From positions 29,512,001 through 29,576,000 of the forward strand of contig OZ365110.1 in assembly GCA_977030845.1 (NCBI GenBank): a stretch of 64,000 bases of DNA, written 5' to 3'. The notes below the pieces were generated by a model. The model was not told the origin of the DNA, made no database searches, and worked only from the letters and a program-made list of their open reading frames with translations. Origin of the DNA: Fimbriosthenelais zetlandica (lineage: Eukaryota). Positions 38,717 through 50,800 of this stretch are shown here, one piece after another (positions within the stretch are counted from its first letter, which is position 1; each line of letters begins with the position of its first letter). A program made the translations under genes and the position numbers.

Positions 38717-40624
38717 AAATATTTATCTAAACCATAATACAAAAGTAACATTTTTTTACCCCAAAACAATGGGCGAAGCTAATTTGTTTTAGTTTCAACA
38801 GTTTTTTGTGTATACATGTATACAAACAGTGCGAACAAGAAGCAAAATTTCACACTAGAAAAATATTATGATGATAACCACTAACGCTAGACTACTAGTA
38901 GCAGAAATATATCATCTCCATCATATCCAGTCACAATCTGTCTGCACTGCAGACGTCTCCTTTGGCTTTTCTTACAAAAATATTGAAGGGCATTTCCCAA
39001 CATTGTCCATATACAATTAAACATTCTAGCCGCTAGTGTTTGGGATATATAAAACATATGTACACGAGCATAGCGAAGTTCACTTCAAGTGAATGCTCTA
39101 CATCAAAAAATTACATTCCCAAGAGGAACGTACAAAAATAGTAAATTTGAAGGCGGTTATATATATAAAACCAACTATTACTAACATATGGAATAAAATA
39201 CTGTCAATCTAGACGGAAGAACATTCCACCAAACTCTTAGAAAATGTCAAGTTTCAAACGTCAGATAGGCACTCAATACATGTATTGTGATTCAGAACAC
39301 AAATTGAACACATCACTATTCTTAGCAAAATTTCGGAATTTAAATAATTTGTTTCCAATTAAATAAATGCATTAAAATTTACAATTTTCCAATTTCTTAA
39401 AATCAAGGATAATCACAGAACAATTGTGATCCAATGAGATTTTTTTTTGTAAAAACCAAGACATTAACCGAAAGATGTATACTTAACGGATTATTGCTAA
39501 GTTTGCAGAGTACCAACGATGTGGCGATACTTTTTCATTCAATACAAAAAATCTGCAAACCTTCTAAACATCACAAATTTCTACTCAGCCCCGGCATATA
39601 CTGATACTAGGGACAAAATCACATAATATTAGGTTAGAAACCTACTCTCTCATAGCCTTGTACTAAAGAGGCGATAAGAGGCAATTCACATCAACTGGTT
39701 GCGACCTATCAATTTCATGTTGGTCAAAACCATCAAGTTTGTGCATGAGATTAAATAGATAGATCTTAATGTTGGATAATCTGTATTAATCCACATTCTA
39801 TTTTAACACGTGCCACCTAAAGTGGAATAGCAACATTTTGGTACGGTACGCGAATATATTATGACAGTATTAATCTGGAAATGACCAAATATTCTATCAA
39901 TAATAGTCCTCCTATATTGCTGGCATCTTTGTACATCTGACAATACAGAGATCCTTCTATATTGCTAGCATATTTGTACACTGAGATTCTATTTAACATT
40001 GAGAATTTAGATTCCTGGCAAAAAAGGCATTCGACTAGAAAATGTATGAAAGATATTAATCAGGTTCTATTTCCTCTGGTAGCCCTATTAACAGCAAATA
40101 ACATAAGAATATTAACATATAAGCACATCATCTTTCCCACTGGGACAATCAGAATTAAATAATGAAAACTTGTGACTAAACTAAACAAGCTTATTTTCTC
40201 ACTAGTGAGATACGAGGCCCCTTATCCACAGGGTGCATATTGACCTGCCAGACAAACGCACCTTTGTCCACTTCCTGTCATTTAAATCCCTCAGGAAGCA
40301 AGTAGGGGCCCTTTGACCAATAGCACCTTGGGCCATTCAGTATGCAGTTTTCTCCTCTTTCTATTAACTACTAACTAGATGGTTAAATACAAACATATGA
40401 TACAAAAATAGTGATAAAACAGCATACCGGGTACTGGCAACTTAAAATATTTATATAAAAAAACCAGTGTGAATGCTTTTCAGTGTAAGTACTGCTTGGT
40501 TCCGCTTCAGTGAGTCTCCCAGCTGTCGCCCTGGCCAGCTGCCGTGTTAGGGTCTTTGTAAAATATTGTTCCCAGCCTACATCTTAGTATATAACTCGAC
40601 ATAGTTGGTATAACTTAACTTCAC

Positions 40625-41208
40625 CTGAAAAATAAAATAAAAAGTATGATTAGGACAATTAATTCGCTGCACCATAAATGTGACGTATCAATAACTATCC
40701 ACATTAGCCTATACTATAGCCAATAGAAATCACTTCCATACAATTGGCTATAGTAGGCCTATACTATAGGCTGTTATAATAATGTAATGTTGGTGCTGGT
40801 TTTAGTGTCCTGATATTTTGCCCTGGAAAAGTCACAATGACAGTTATCACTCACTTACAACCAGCAAATTGAACCCGATGAATTTAAACTTTTAATAATA
40901 AATCTTTCAGATAGGCTAGGCCCATCTTTCTCTGCTCGGGCCGTTCCTACTGGAAATAAATTCTAAAATTTACGCATAGGCCCAGGTCTAGATCAGTAGG
41001 CTTATAACAGTATGCTTACTACAACATTGCCAATAATATTAGGCCTAAAGGAATACCCTATACCTAATTAGGCTAAATTCCTGAGAAGTTTTGTGATATG
41101 AGACAGAAGGACTAGGCCTATAAGGCGTACATCCTTAGCTGACATTGTCATATATCCTAAAAGGAATTGGGGGAAAGCCTATACTATTCATAGAGAAAAT
41201 TTTACTTA
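40625..41208 (-). other. Intron in the nanos 3'UTR
   Basis: Consensus donor AAA|GTAAGTAA 7 nt after the TAA stop, and a strong acceptor TTTTATTTTATTTTTCAG|GTG at 40625. Confidence 0.7.
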
Positions 41209-41215
41209 CTTTAGG

Positions 41216-42217
41216 TTAGATGGCAGCATAATGGGCACCGGTCATCAAGGGGCGGGTAATTTTCCTCTTTGCACGATCCGCCTTGATCACCACAGACACC
41301 GGTTGAATACCGCCTGCAGCCATCTGAATGGCAACCGGACAATATGTTTTCGTATGAGCTGTATCTCCGGACGCTCCACAGTAAGGACATTTATATGCCC
41401 TCAGTATTGGGCATGTTACACGTCCAGTGCTGTCTTTGAGGACATGGCCGGTGTATCTTGACACTGGTTCTCCGTTATTCCGGCAGAAGACGCACACACT
41501 TTGACCACCAGAGTTGTGACGGCTCCGTCCACCTCCACTACCAGTACCGTTAGCCGCCTTCTTCATGGGTGGGGAAGGTGGAGCAGGAGAGGGGATCCCA
41601 TGGTTCCTCAACTGTCCATGACCGTGGATAAGCTGGCGATATGTGGCCACTTGCGCTTCCAGCTGCTCCCTAATCTGCCGTTCCCGATATAATTCATAGA
41701 TGGCAACATTCAGGCCCAGAGTGGATGTGGTTGGCGTGTTAGATGATAGGCCTATTGGTGATGAGACAGGGGGAGAGGAGGAGGCTGGAGAGATGCTACT
41801 ACTCGGGGTCGGGGGGGATCCACTTGGGGACGTCTGTCCCTGCCATCTCATCCGGTAAACGACCCGATCGAAATCATCCATCTCGGTCTCAATCCCATTC
41901 CTATGAAAATCGTCCGAGTCCGTTACGGTAGTGGTCATCCTTCGGCCAGAAGTGCCAGTTGGGATAGGATCCGACACTGCCAGGTTATTTATCATATTGG
42001 ATAGTCCAAAATAATCATTATACGGCTGGTACTGGTAGGGCGCCTTGGTCTTGGACTGGGTTGGTGTAGTAAGGAGCCTGCTGTCTGATGTGGAGAACAC
42101 GTGGTTGGAGTTGTTATCCCGGACTCGCGTTCTATCATTCTCCATGGCTGTGTCCTTTAGAGACGGTGGAGGGAAGTTCATCCAAGATTTAAGGTACAAG
42201 TCCATGTTACGATCCAT
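41216..42217 (-). CDS. nanos: Nanos (333 aa from the first ATG), single coding exon
   Basis: (CCHC)2 finger CVFCRNNGE...[37 protein letters not shown], and an N-terminal NOT1-interacting motif [14 protein letters not shown] (~42031-41990) resembling vertebrate FSSWNDYLGLATLI. The track start at 42271 is a GTG; the first ATG is at 42217. Confidence 0.97.
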   Translation of the reverse strand: MDRNMDLYLKSWMNFPPPSLKDTAMENDRTRVRDNNSNHVFSTSDSRLLTTPTQSKTKAPYQYQPYNDYFGLSNMINNLAVSDPIPTGTSGRRMTTTVTDSDDFHRNGIETEMDDFDRVVYRMRWQGQTSPSGSPPTPSSSISPASSSPPVSSPIGLSSNTPTTSTLGLNVAIYELYRERQIREQLEAQVATYRQLIHGHGQLRNHGIPSPAPPSPPMKKAANGTGSGGGRSRHNSGGQSVCVFCRNNGEPVSRYTGHVLKDSTGRVTCPILRAYKCPYCGASGDTAHTKTYCPVAIQMAAGGIQPVSVVIKADRAKRKITRPLMTGAHYAAI

Positions 42218-42329
42218 AGTTATTGTTGAGGGTATGCCTATATGAGAAGAAGTATAAAAGGGACCTGACACTATGCACTCTGCCGTCTGACTACCAAATG
42301 AACAGGTGGTATCTGGTCTTATAGACGCT

Positions 42330-42502
42330 CGGTAAACATCTAGTGGGCGGGGCTTAACTCCAAATTAGGAAGCCTTGTCCCCGCGACCTACGACTGTCTG
42401 TACGGGGCGCCCCTCGCGCCATCTATAGACAGTAGGCGGGAACCAAGCTAAATTAGGTAGGACACCTGCTGCTGGGCGGGGCTTAATAGGAATGATTGAC
42501 AG
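42330..42502. promoter_or_regulatory. nanos proximal promoter candidate
   Basis: Two identical GGGCGGGGCTTAA GC boxes (near 42345 and 42474), an E2F-like GGCGGGAA near 42435, a forkhead GTAAACA at 42332 and a PBX-MEIS/PREP decamer TGATTGACAG at 42493-42502. Confidence 0.55.
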
Positions 42503-43932
42503 GCTGATTTGTTTTGTTGTGGAGAGGCTGAAAAGAGCAGGCCAGAGTGGGAAGGTGGGTAATGGAGGGTGGGGGTTTGGAGGGGGTGCGAATTATAAAG
42601 TCGGGGATATTTTTAGCGTGTCCACTGTCCGTCTTCTTGTAGGCGCCAGATGTTTCCATGCTCGACCAACAACCACGTGGGTGATTCCATGACATGCCTA
42701 ACTTTCGGGTCGAGATGGAGTGAAAATAGGGACCTACTGAAAGTTTAAAAAGTTGTTAAAGTTATGTCTATAATAGGCCTAGGGCCTAATTTCGAAATAG
42801 TTTTTAAAAATTAAAAATGTTAAATTCTCTCAAAAAACAAAACGGAAAGATGAATGGACTTTGATCGAAGGCATGTAAGCCTATGGTAGGCCTATTTTTT
42901 TCACAAAAATGAATTATAGGCTAGATAGGTGTCTAGACAATTATTTTATTTTACATCGTGAATGTAGGGAGCACTACAAGACCAAATTCATTTCCATACT
43001 TTACTTAGGACACATTTGCAAGCAAAAGTTCCATAGGAGTATGCCTAGTAGCCTACCTAGACTACACCCCAAAAAAGATACCGGTACCGTAAAATACATT
43101 TCAGTAAAAAGATAATCATCAAGCTATACCTGCATATTAGCACCCACCGAGGGTAGAACTGCATGCGCATAACTTTGCTTTCCATTGACACATTTTGCTT
43201 TCTTTTTACTTTTCATCTATGCATGTAGGCCATACATCTAGGCTAGTGTTTAGTTCTCAATTAAGGATGTTTTTAATTAAGAAATCCAAAGACCTATCGG
43301 AATCGGAAGTGATATCTATAAGCACTACTGAAGATCGTTTACACGCTCGCATCCGCACTCAAAGATTAGTTATGACTTTGGTAGTGTTTAAGTGACCACG
43401 CATGAAAATAATGGCATCTTTAATGATCATTTTACTAGTTATAGGCACGTGGCTCCTCATCATTATATCAGGAATATTTTATGATTGAAATCTTAATGCT
43501 CTACTCCACTCTATTCCCAGTGACATCTCTGCAGGGATCAAAATAATAAGCCTAAGAAATTACTAGAGAAACTATTAGGCCTATTGAACATTTATTCTAG
43601 AAGTTATCTATTTTTAAGACCTCTAATGTTATAGGCAATGATAAACTTTAGGCCTATCTAGGCTAGGCCTAGGATGTGCAGGACCCCCACCCGCGGCCCA
43701 CTCATCCATTGTTAGGCCTACAGTAGGCCTATTAATGATCTCTTCTTTTATGTTGTAAGTTATAGGCTAATAGCCGTAGGCTATAATATTATGATCAACT
43801 AGTGAAAATTGCCATGAAAGAACATCAACATAACGTTTTTTAGGTTACCCTGATTTTCCCAGGATCAGCCTATTATAGTAGCCTAGCCAGACTGCCTAGG
43901 CTTAGGCCCTATGTCTAGCCCTATGTCTATGC

Positions 43933-44835
43933 CGAGGGAGTTCGTGGGGTGGGGATGTGGAGACCTTCAAGTCTTATGGCTCAGTCTGTTGCGAAATTGA
44001 AGTCTTCATTGAGTCAGAGGGAGCTATTTTCCCACGGTAGCCGTTCTATGGTTAGAGCAAGCGTAACATTGTGTCTATAAATTTTTTTATAGCTGGGGCG
44101 CGGGAGCGACAGTACTACAGTGAATGGGACGCCTCCTCGTGGGAAAAAGGCAAACTCACGTCATCGGTCTATAGGCCTACCAAAGTGTTGATTCCGTTGC
44201 ATTATAGACGGCATTATAGCGTTCCCCAGAGCTCCTGTTCAGGAATCCCCTGCCGCATAAGGATAGGCCTGTTAGGCTATCATCTAGGCCCTAGTCCTAA
44301 CAAATATCCAAATGTAGGCCTAACCCTTTAGGCCTAGGCCTATGTAGATCTATTATTTGTTTCGAAGAATCCGATCTAAAAACTAAGTTCCGCCATCTTT
44401 GTTAAACAAGGATGAACACTAGGCCTATAGCCTAGGCCTACCGTAGGCCTACATAATTAATTTAATTTAAATAGGAACGGATCCTTTGGAAGTAGGCCTA
44501 GGCTGTCTACCTTTTTTTTTAAATTCCAGACATTGTTTACCACACAAACCACTAGGTGGCGGGTAGGTGTACATGATGAGTACGGAAGTCTACACAGCAG
44601 CCGGGATCCCTCTCCTCCTCTTCCCGTCAACATGGCTTCCACCACCCCCGGCCAAGATCTCGGCTGGAAAAACAAGTACGACAAGACAGAGAAAAGTTTA
44701 TCTACTCTCAAACAGTTAGCACACAAAGGTATGTATGCTGTCCAAGCCTAGGACTACCATGATACAGTTTTGAGGTATTTTCGAGGGAGTTTGTGGGGTG
44801 GGAATGTGGAGATATTCAAGTCTTATGACTCAGTC
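43933..44835 (+). repeat. Pair of 54-bp direct repeats (43933-43986 and 44782-44835) bracketing SHTN1 exon 1
   Basis: CGAGGGAGTTCGTGGGGTGGGGATGTGGAGACCTTCAAGTCTTATGGCTCAGTC versus CGAGGGAGTTTGTGGGGTGGGAATGTGGAGATATTCAAGTCTTATGACTCAGTC, 5 mismatches. Confidence 0.9.
44138..44631. promoter_or_regulatory. SHTN1 promoter and 5'UTR region with CTCF, YY1, CRE-like and Su(H) motifs
   Basis: CCACTAGGTGGCGG (CTCF core) 44549-44562, CCGCCATCTT (YY1, minus-oriented) 44390-44399, TCACGTCA 44156-44163 and CGTGGGAA 44138-44145. Confidence 0.5.
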
Positions 44836-47800
44836 ACTCAGTCTCCGAGACCTTGCGACAACTTGAAGCCTTGCGGTAGGCTAGCATGGTAATGCCCCCA
44901 CAAACTGGTATGACTGGGTCACAAGAGGGTTTCCCACTGTGACTTCCATCATCATATATATATATGAATTTTCCTCTAAAAATGCTTGTTTGTGTTTGTA
45001 CCGGTATCATCTGAGTTCTTTGCACAGTAATTGCCGTGAAACTTTTCTGACCTAGACCTAGTCAATACCGGTAGGCTACTGGTACTAGGGCTAGGCCTAG
45101 GCCTAACTCTAATAGACCTATAACATTAATAGATTAGTCCTATACTATAGTATATTATAGGAGAGAGTAGGAACCGAGTGAAATGTTATACCGGTACTAG
45201 TATTAGAATCCCCCAGAGGAGACTAGCACCCCTAGACATGCACCTATAAAATAAAATACAAAATACCAGTAGGCCTAGGCCTATGCCTATGGTACCTATA
45301 TAGCCTTATAGGCCTAACTTGTGGGTTTTAGCCTTTAGTTTAGGCCTATAAGGGAAATAATGATAGACCTACCGCTATCAATTAAAGCATGAACAATTAA
45401 TTCCTGAACAGATGGTTATGAATATAACCTAGTAGGCCTAGGGTAGGGTAGGCCTAATATTATAGGCCTAGCCAACCAGTACCGGTTACATTTTTAGGCC
45501 TAATTCATTCTAATAACCAAATATCGCATTCGATAAAACCGAGAAGGAAGTTATGTCACTCGGTAAGAAGATATATAGATTATCAGTGGAATTAAAGGCG
45601 TGAATTTCCAGGATTTTATGGTATAGGGCCTACCATCATGATAATGTAGGACTGGGGCTGTTCCAACATCCTGGATTTATGTTGGAAGTTGTATATATTC
45701 TATCTATATTCAGTATGACCTGATGCCCTTAGCGTATTGTTTACTTGGAGCACATCATTTGGCACTATACCCCGTGTCTTGTGTATTCAGCATAAAACTC
45801 CATTGACTCAGTATTGGTGTCACTTGATGTGTCTGTTCCCCTGAACTGACATGGCATAGTGTATAGTTTGGGTCTGTGGTAACACAAGATTATATACATT
45901 TATGGATACATGATATTTGTCCTTTTGTATGTGACACTGACAATGTGTTAATTCACTCCATAACTTCCTTCTCGGTTTTATGGAATGCGATATTTGGTTA
46001 TTAGAATGAATTAGGCCTAAAATGTGCCTGGAAAAAATAACCAAAAAGCAAAAGAGAACAAACTGAAACCCCCCACCCCCCAAAAAAACACAAAAAGAAA
46101 CAAAAAGTCAGTACCTGGTACTCCATAAAGTTGTTCATATTCAGTTATTGAATATGGTATTGCCATTTTTTTTTTTAGAGAAATATAATTATATTATAAG
46201 TCTATGATCAGTAGGCCTACTGGTCTATAAAGACTATACCGGTACATGTACTTGTATCGGTATTTGGTATAGCCTTCACCTACCCGGCCTGCCCATTATG
46301 ACTGGATATGTACAAGAAATCCCATTTGTATAAACATGTAGCTTATTTATGTGAAAAAATTGAAATGGTCTCAGTCTGAAAACAATAATTTTGACTTCCT
46401 GCAATGATGTCAGACCACTCTTCATGGTTCTATAGTAAACACTTAAACTGGAAAATGAACAGATAAGACACCCACTGCTATTTCCCCAGTCTTATCAGTA
46501 AGCGTCCATCGATGTTTTATCTTATAAAGTAACTTAGTTTGGACCTACCTGTATCCATGAGGAAGTAGACATGTAGGTACATATACAGGGAAGTAGACCT
46601 ACTAATTGGGAAATTTTTCAATGTGGGCAGTCAGGTACCAGTGGTACAATCCTTGCCCCCCCCCCCCCCCGACCCTCTCCCGAAAAAATGTATTGTGAAA
46701 TGAGCTTTCATTAAATTCAGTGAATAAGGGACAAAATGTTTATCTATGATGATGTTGAAACAAAGATGGATGCGATGGAGGTCATGATTTGCTATGGAGA
46801 CAGACAATGAGTCACTGCCTTCTGAACTTAAAAAAACCTATGATTCAACCCCAGATGACTATTTTCCAGTATAACTGGTACGGTATAGAAAATGAATATT
46901 AGGAAGTTGCTTCACTTTGAATATAACCCAGACTTAGGCCTACTCCTCGAAAAATTGTTTACTACAATTTGTATTTAATTTCCTCATTTTCTGAATAATG
47001 AAATGATATTAGAAATAAATCTTCGAATCCAAGATTATGAATGACTGGCGTGGGGTAGGATTATTTATATTTTCAACATAGTCACGCATCAGTTGTACCT
47101 GTGGTTTGATATGAGAAGTAGTTGAACTTGTCAAGGCCTGGGATTCCCCATGATCGAAATCTTGACTGATCCACGTTTCTCTTATTTCCTAACGTCCCAT
47201 GCTCACTCAGGATTCCCAATTCAACAGGAAAGTCTATTTTCCTATTAGGGGCAGATGGAATTTTATTAAAATGTATGGAAAGTGGGAACTTAATTGGTCC
47301 TATTTATTAAAGAGGAACTTAATTAAAGAGCCTTATATTTAGTCTTATGTTCCAGAGTGAGAATTAAAATACAACAGAGAATCGTGTATTCTTGAATTAT
47401 GAGGCCCTGCTCTCCGTTATGTGACTATACATAAACTCTTCACCAAGACCCTTATATTGTTATAAGGTATTAGGCAATTTGGTTGTATAGATATATCCAC
47501 ATTGGTAAATGGTAACACTCAGTCCTTACATAATATTACAGCTTTTACCATGGGTATCCAACCTCGACATTGATGGTACCCTGTCTGACCTCTATATTGT
47601 ATATTATACAGGAGATCCATCTCTTATTTAGGTCAATTTAGCGGCAAAATATTCAATAACCATCTACTCATTAACTCACCAGACAAGGAAGGTGGCTGAT
47701 CTCAGCTAACCAGAATCCACTTCTGTAATATGAGTTGTGGATATTACACTGAATTTATCATGCCAACGAAACGGTAGCACCTCAATAATTCGGTGTAAAA

Positions 47801-50800
47801 AATTCATAATCATTCCCAAATGGGAAGGGCCGCGGAAAAGAATTGTTAATATAATTCGATCACATCTTGGGGAAATAATAATAAAAGTCCAAAGGGGAAT
47901 TCATATCCATAATCAGTCATCACCCCTTCCCCCTCCCTCTCTACACCTCACCCTGATTAGATAGAGTCCCTGTATCAGTCCGGATCTCTGATGATCGCTA
48001 CCAGACCAGGCTAGCGTCCCTTATTTAAGATGCACCACTCTGAGAAGTGTTAGTACAGTTGGTCTAGGATCTTCAGTAGCGTAGGACGTGCTGGAGAAAT
48101 CTGCATACCCTAGTGGAACTAGTGTCATCAAATGTTCATCAGTTACAGGGTGAAATGACGACCATGCCATCAGAGAATTCGCCTGAAAATCAGTTCTATA
48201 GTATGTGGTATTTATATCTAAAATTATTTTTGTTATGTTAATATTTTCTCCTTTTTTTTCTAATTGCACAGTTTTCTTTTTCTTTTTTTCCGTTTAATAT
48301 ATTATAGTTTTGACATCAATCTTAAATTATCGTTTGGCTCTTTTATGAAAGGAATCATAAACTATTACCCGTGTCCGATAGACTGCGCCTGAATTCCTAC
48401 ATTAGCAGTAATTAGTAACGATCACAGAAAAAATTCTTGAATATTTATTCATACTTTATTGATTGACACATTTTTCACTGAATTGCTTTGTGAAATGAAC
48501 TAATTGAATTTCCTGTCATATTCCTGTACCTAATTTGTGCCGATTTAGACCTACCATTTTCGAGGGAAGGTAAAATATTTATATACAATCGTCCTCCAGC
48601 ATTGTAATCTGATCACTATTGGACTCAGTCGATCTGATTAACTAAACATCCTGCTTTACGTATGCTTAATGAACTGTTGAATTGAAAATGATAAATGGTT
48701 TCTTTTAAATCTACTGGTTATAGAATCAGAATTAAATTGAGGGGAATTTGATTTTGATATAAGGTTAAGAAATGCACCTATTGGTGCCTTAAATAGTCCC
48801 TTTAGTAATTTGTCCTGACTACAGTACATTTATGTAGCAGCTATAAATGGACATTTTATTGATGAAAATAGAGCTCTCTTTTCGGCTGTTTGTCCTTCGG
48901 TCAGCCTGCCGCTAGAACAGTTAACAGTGACCTCACCTCCTACCTGAGGTATGAATGAAATTAAGAGTCACCGAAACTGATTGAAGCAGGAGGGTTTTCC
49001 CAGCAGTATCGAAGCCAAAAAAGTCTTAATTAATTGAAATGTGTATTTTTTACCAAGAAAATATTACAGTAATATCCAAAGCAAGAAAATATCGTTCAGC
49101 GTCATGGCCTCTTATCGAAAAGTAACAGGTGAGAGGGATGTGATGTTACAGTAGATAATATTTATCTTTCCCCCTCTTCCTTTTGTAGATATTGTCTTAA
49201 GGAAATGTGTGTTAAGAGACCTTTAGGTCAATATTTGCACATCGTTTTATCTAGAGATATGATTGGGAATTCTTCAAGTTTTCACTTCTTTCTGAGAATG
49301 ATCTGTTTTTTCTTTATATATACCAAATGGCCATTGCAGTAGACTTCATATTTTTTGTCCACCTACTACTTGATATCATATATCGCTCTGATATCAAGAT
49401 CCATTGTATAAAGGAAGTTTGGGCTAATTTTTGGTGAATAACAATAATTAATTTTATTATTTTTTGGGTGTAAATTACAGGTGTTGCTGACTATGAAGAA
49501 CTTCTCAGGAAATATGATCAGAATCAAAAACAGGTGAGTGGTTGGAACATTTCTCTGAATGATTTAAATTGGCATTTAAGGCAGGACTCCACTGTTGCGA
49601 TTTTGCTTGCGACACTGCTGCGACAAAGGTGATACTTGTGTTGCAATGAAAAATGCACCAGTGGAGGATAACCTTAAGGCCTTGTCCACAATTTATAAAT
49701 GACATTGCGACATGAGCATCACCTTTGTCGCAGTAGTTTCGCAAGCAAAATCGCAACAGTGGAGCACCACTTTAAGCTTTATCAAATTCATACTTATTTC
49801 AACATTTCCATTTTCATCCTGGATCTGCTTTAGGCCCTTCGTCACGACGCTGGTGACAAGATTACAATAACATTCGTGATACCTTTACCTTGGATTCCCT
49901 TATTTTTGTTCAGCAGCAATAGAGATACTGTGCTTCAATCCAACCGTGGCCATGTCCATTAGGACTTGTTACCTAAGTAGCACAATATCAGAAAGTTTAG
50001 CTGTTTTTACACCATGTCCAGAGAAGACATCACACGGGTCTTTGCAAAATCCTGCCCATTATTCTTCACTTATTTGTTTAGATCTGCATTTGATATATCA
50101 TAAGCAGACAACATTAAAAAAATAATGATACAGTATATTTGACCTGGTTTTTGAGGGGTCCAAGCCGCTGGATCACAATCCTTGTTCTGTTTCTATTACA
50201 AGAGGCAAACTGCCAAGTATGACCGAGCCAGCCATGTGTAACTTGAGGAAGCTAGCAACTATAGACTTTCTCATAAGCTGGATAATATAATAAAACTGGA
50301 AAATGGGCCAAATAACTGAAAATTGACAAAAGGCTCATACTTAGTATATAGACTAAATTTTGTAACTCGTTTTATGTGACCAATAATTACTTCCCATAAT
50401 CCCATAATGATACTAAATGTTGAAAATTAGAATTGTAAGAAGTCAATTAATTAATTAAGTGTTTAAAAAAAATCTATTTCGTTGCAGTATGAAGATTTAC
50501 GACAGCGGTTGATCGAGACAGAATCGCAACTCGCCGATCTTCAGAAATGTGAGCATCAGTTGACTTTCTATATTAGCCTGCCTGTATGTTCATTTCGTGT
50601 ACAAAAAATATACAAAAAACATTGGATGTAAATGTATACTCTCCTAATCACCACTTGTTGCTAATCAATATTTTCAATTTCTCACAAATAATACGCCTTC
50701 CGTTTTATCATAGATTCATAACACAATATATCTATCTTCTTTTTGAGTGTATTTCCCCATCAATTGGATTTCCCTATAATATTCATGTACATAAATCTTG

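Larger units (their letters stand above)
43576..45502. repeat. Dense cluster of the palindrome TAGGCCTA (about 23 copies counted by eye in ~1.9 kb)
   Basis: Copies counted line by line around SHTN1 exon 1 and the nanos upstream region. I saw none in ~47-64 kb. Confidence 0.85.

Noticed and set aside
12620-41200. Hidden homeobox gene (Vax/Emx) or conserved microRNA expected from vertebrate synteny
   Set aside because: I saw no WFQNRR-type exon and no match to the conserved mature miRNAs I checked by eye. A formal search is still advisable.
42218-42271. N-terminal extension of Nanos from the ORF-track start (MSGPF...)
   Set aside because: That start is a GTG. The first ATG is at 42217, and the upstream stretch looks like 5'UTR or an intron acceptor.
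47100-47900. Possible decayed LINE endonuclease in SHTN1 intron 1 (minus strand)
   Set aside because: The fragments (VDGY.IF.R, ISDH-like) need frameshifts and are too weak to call.
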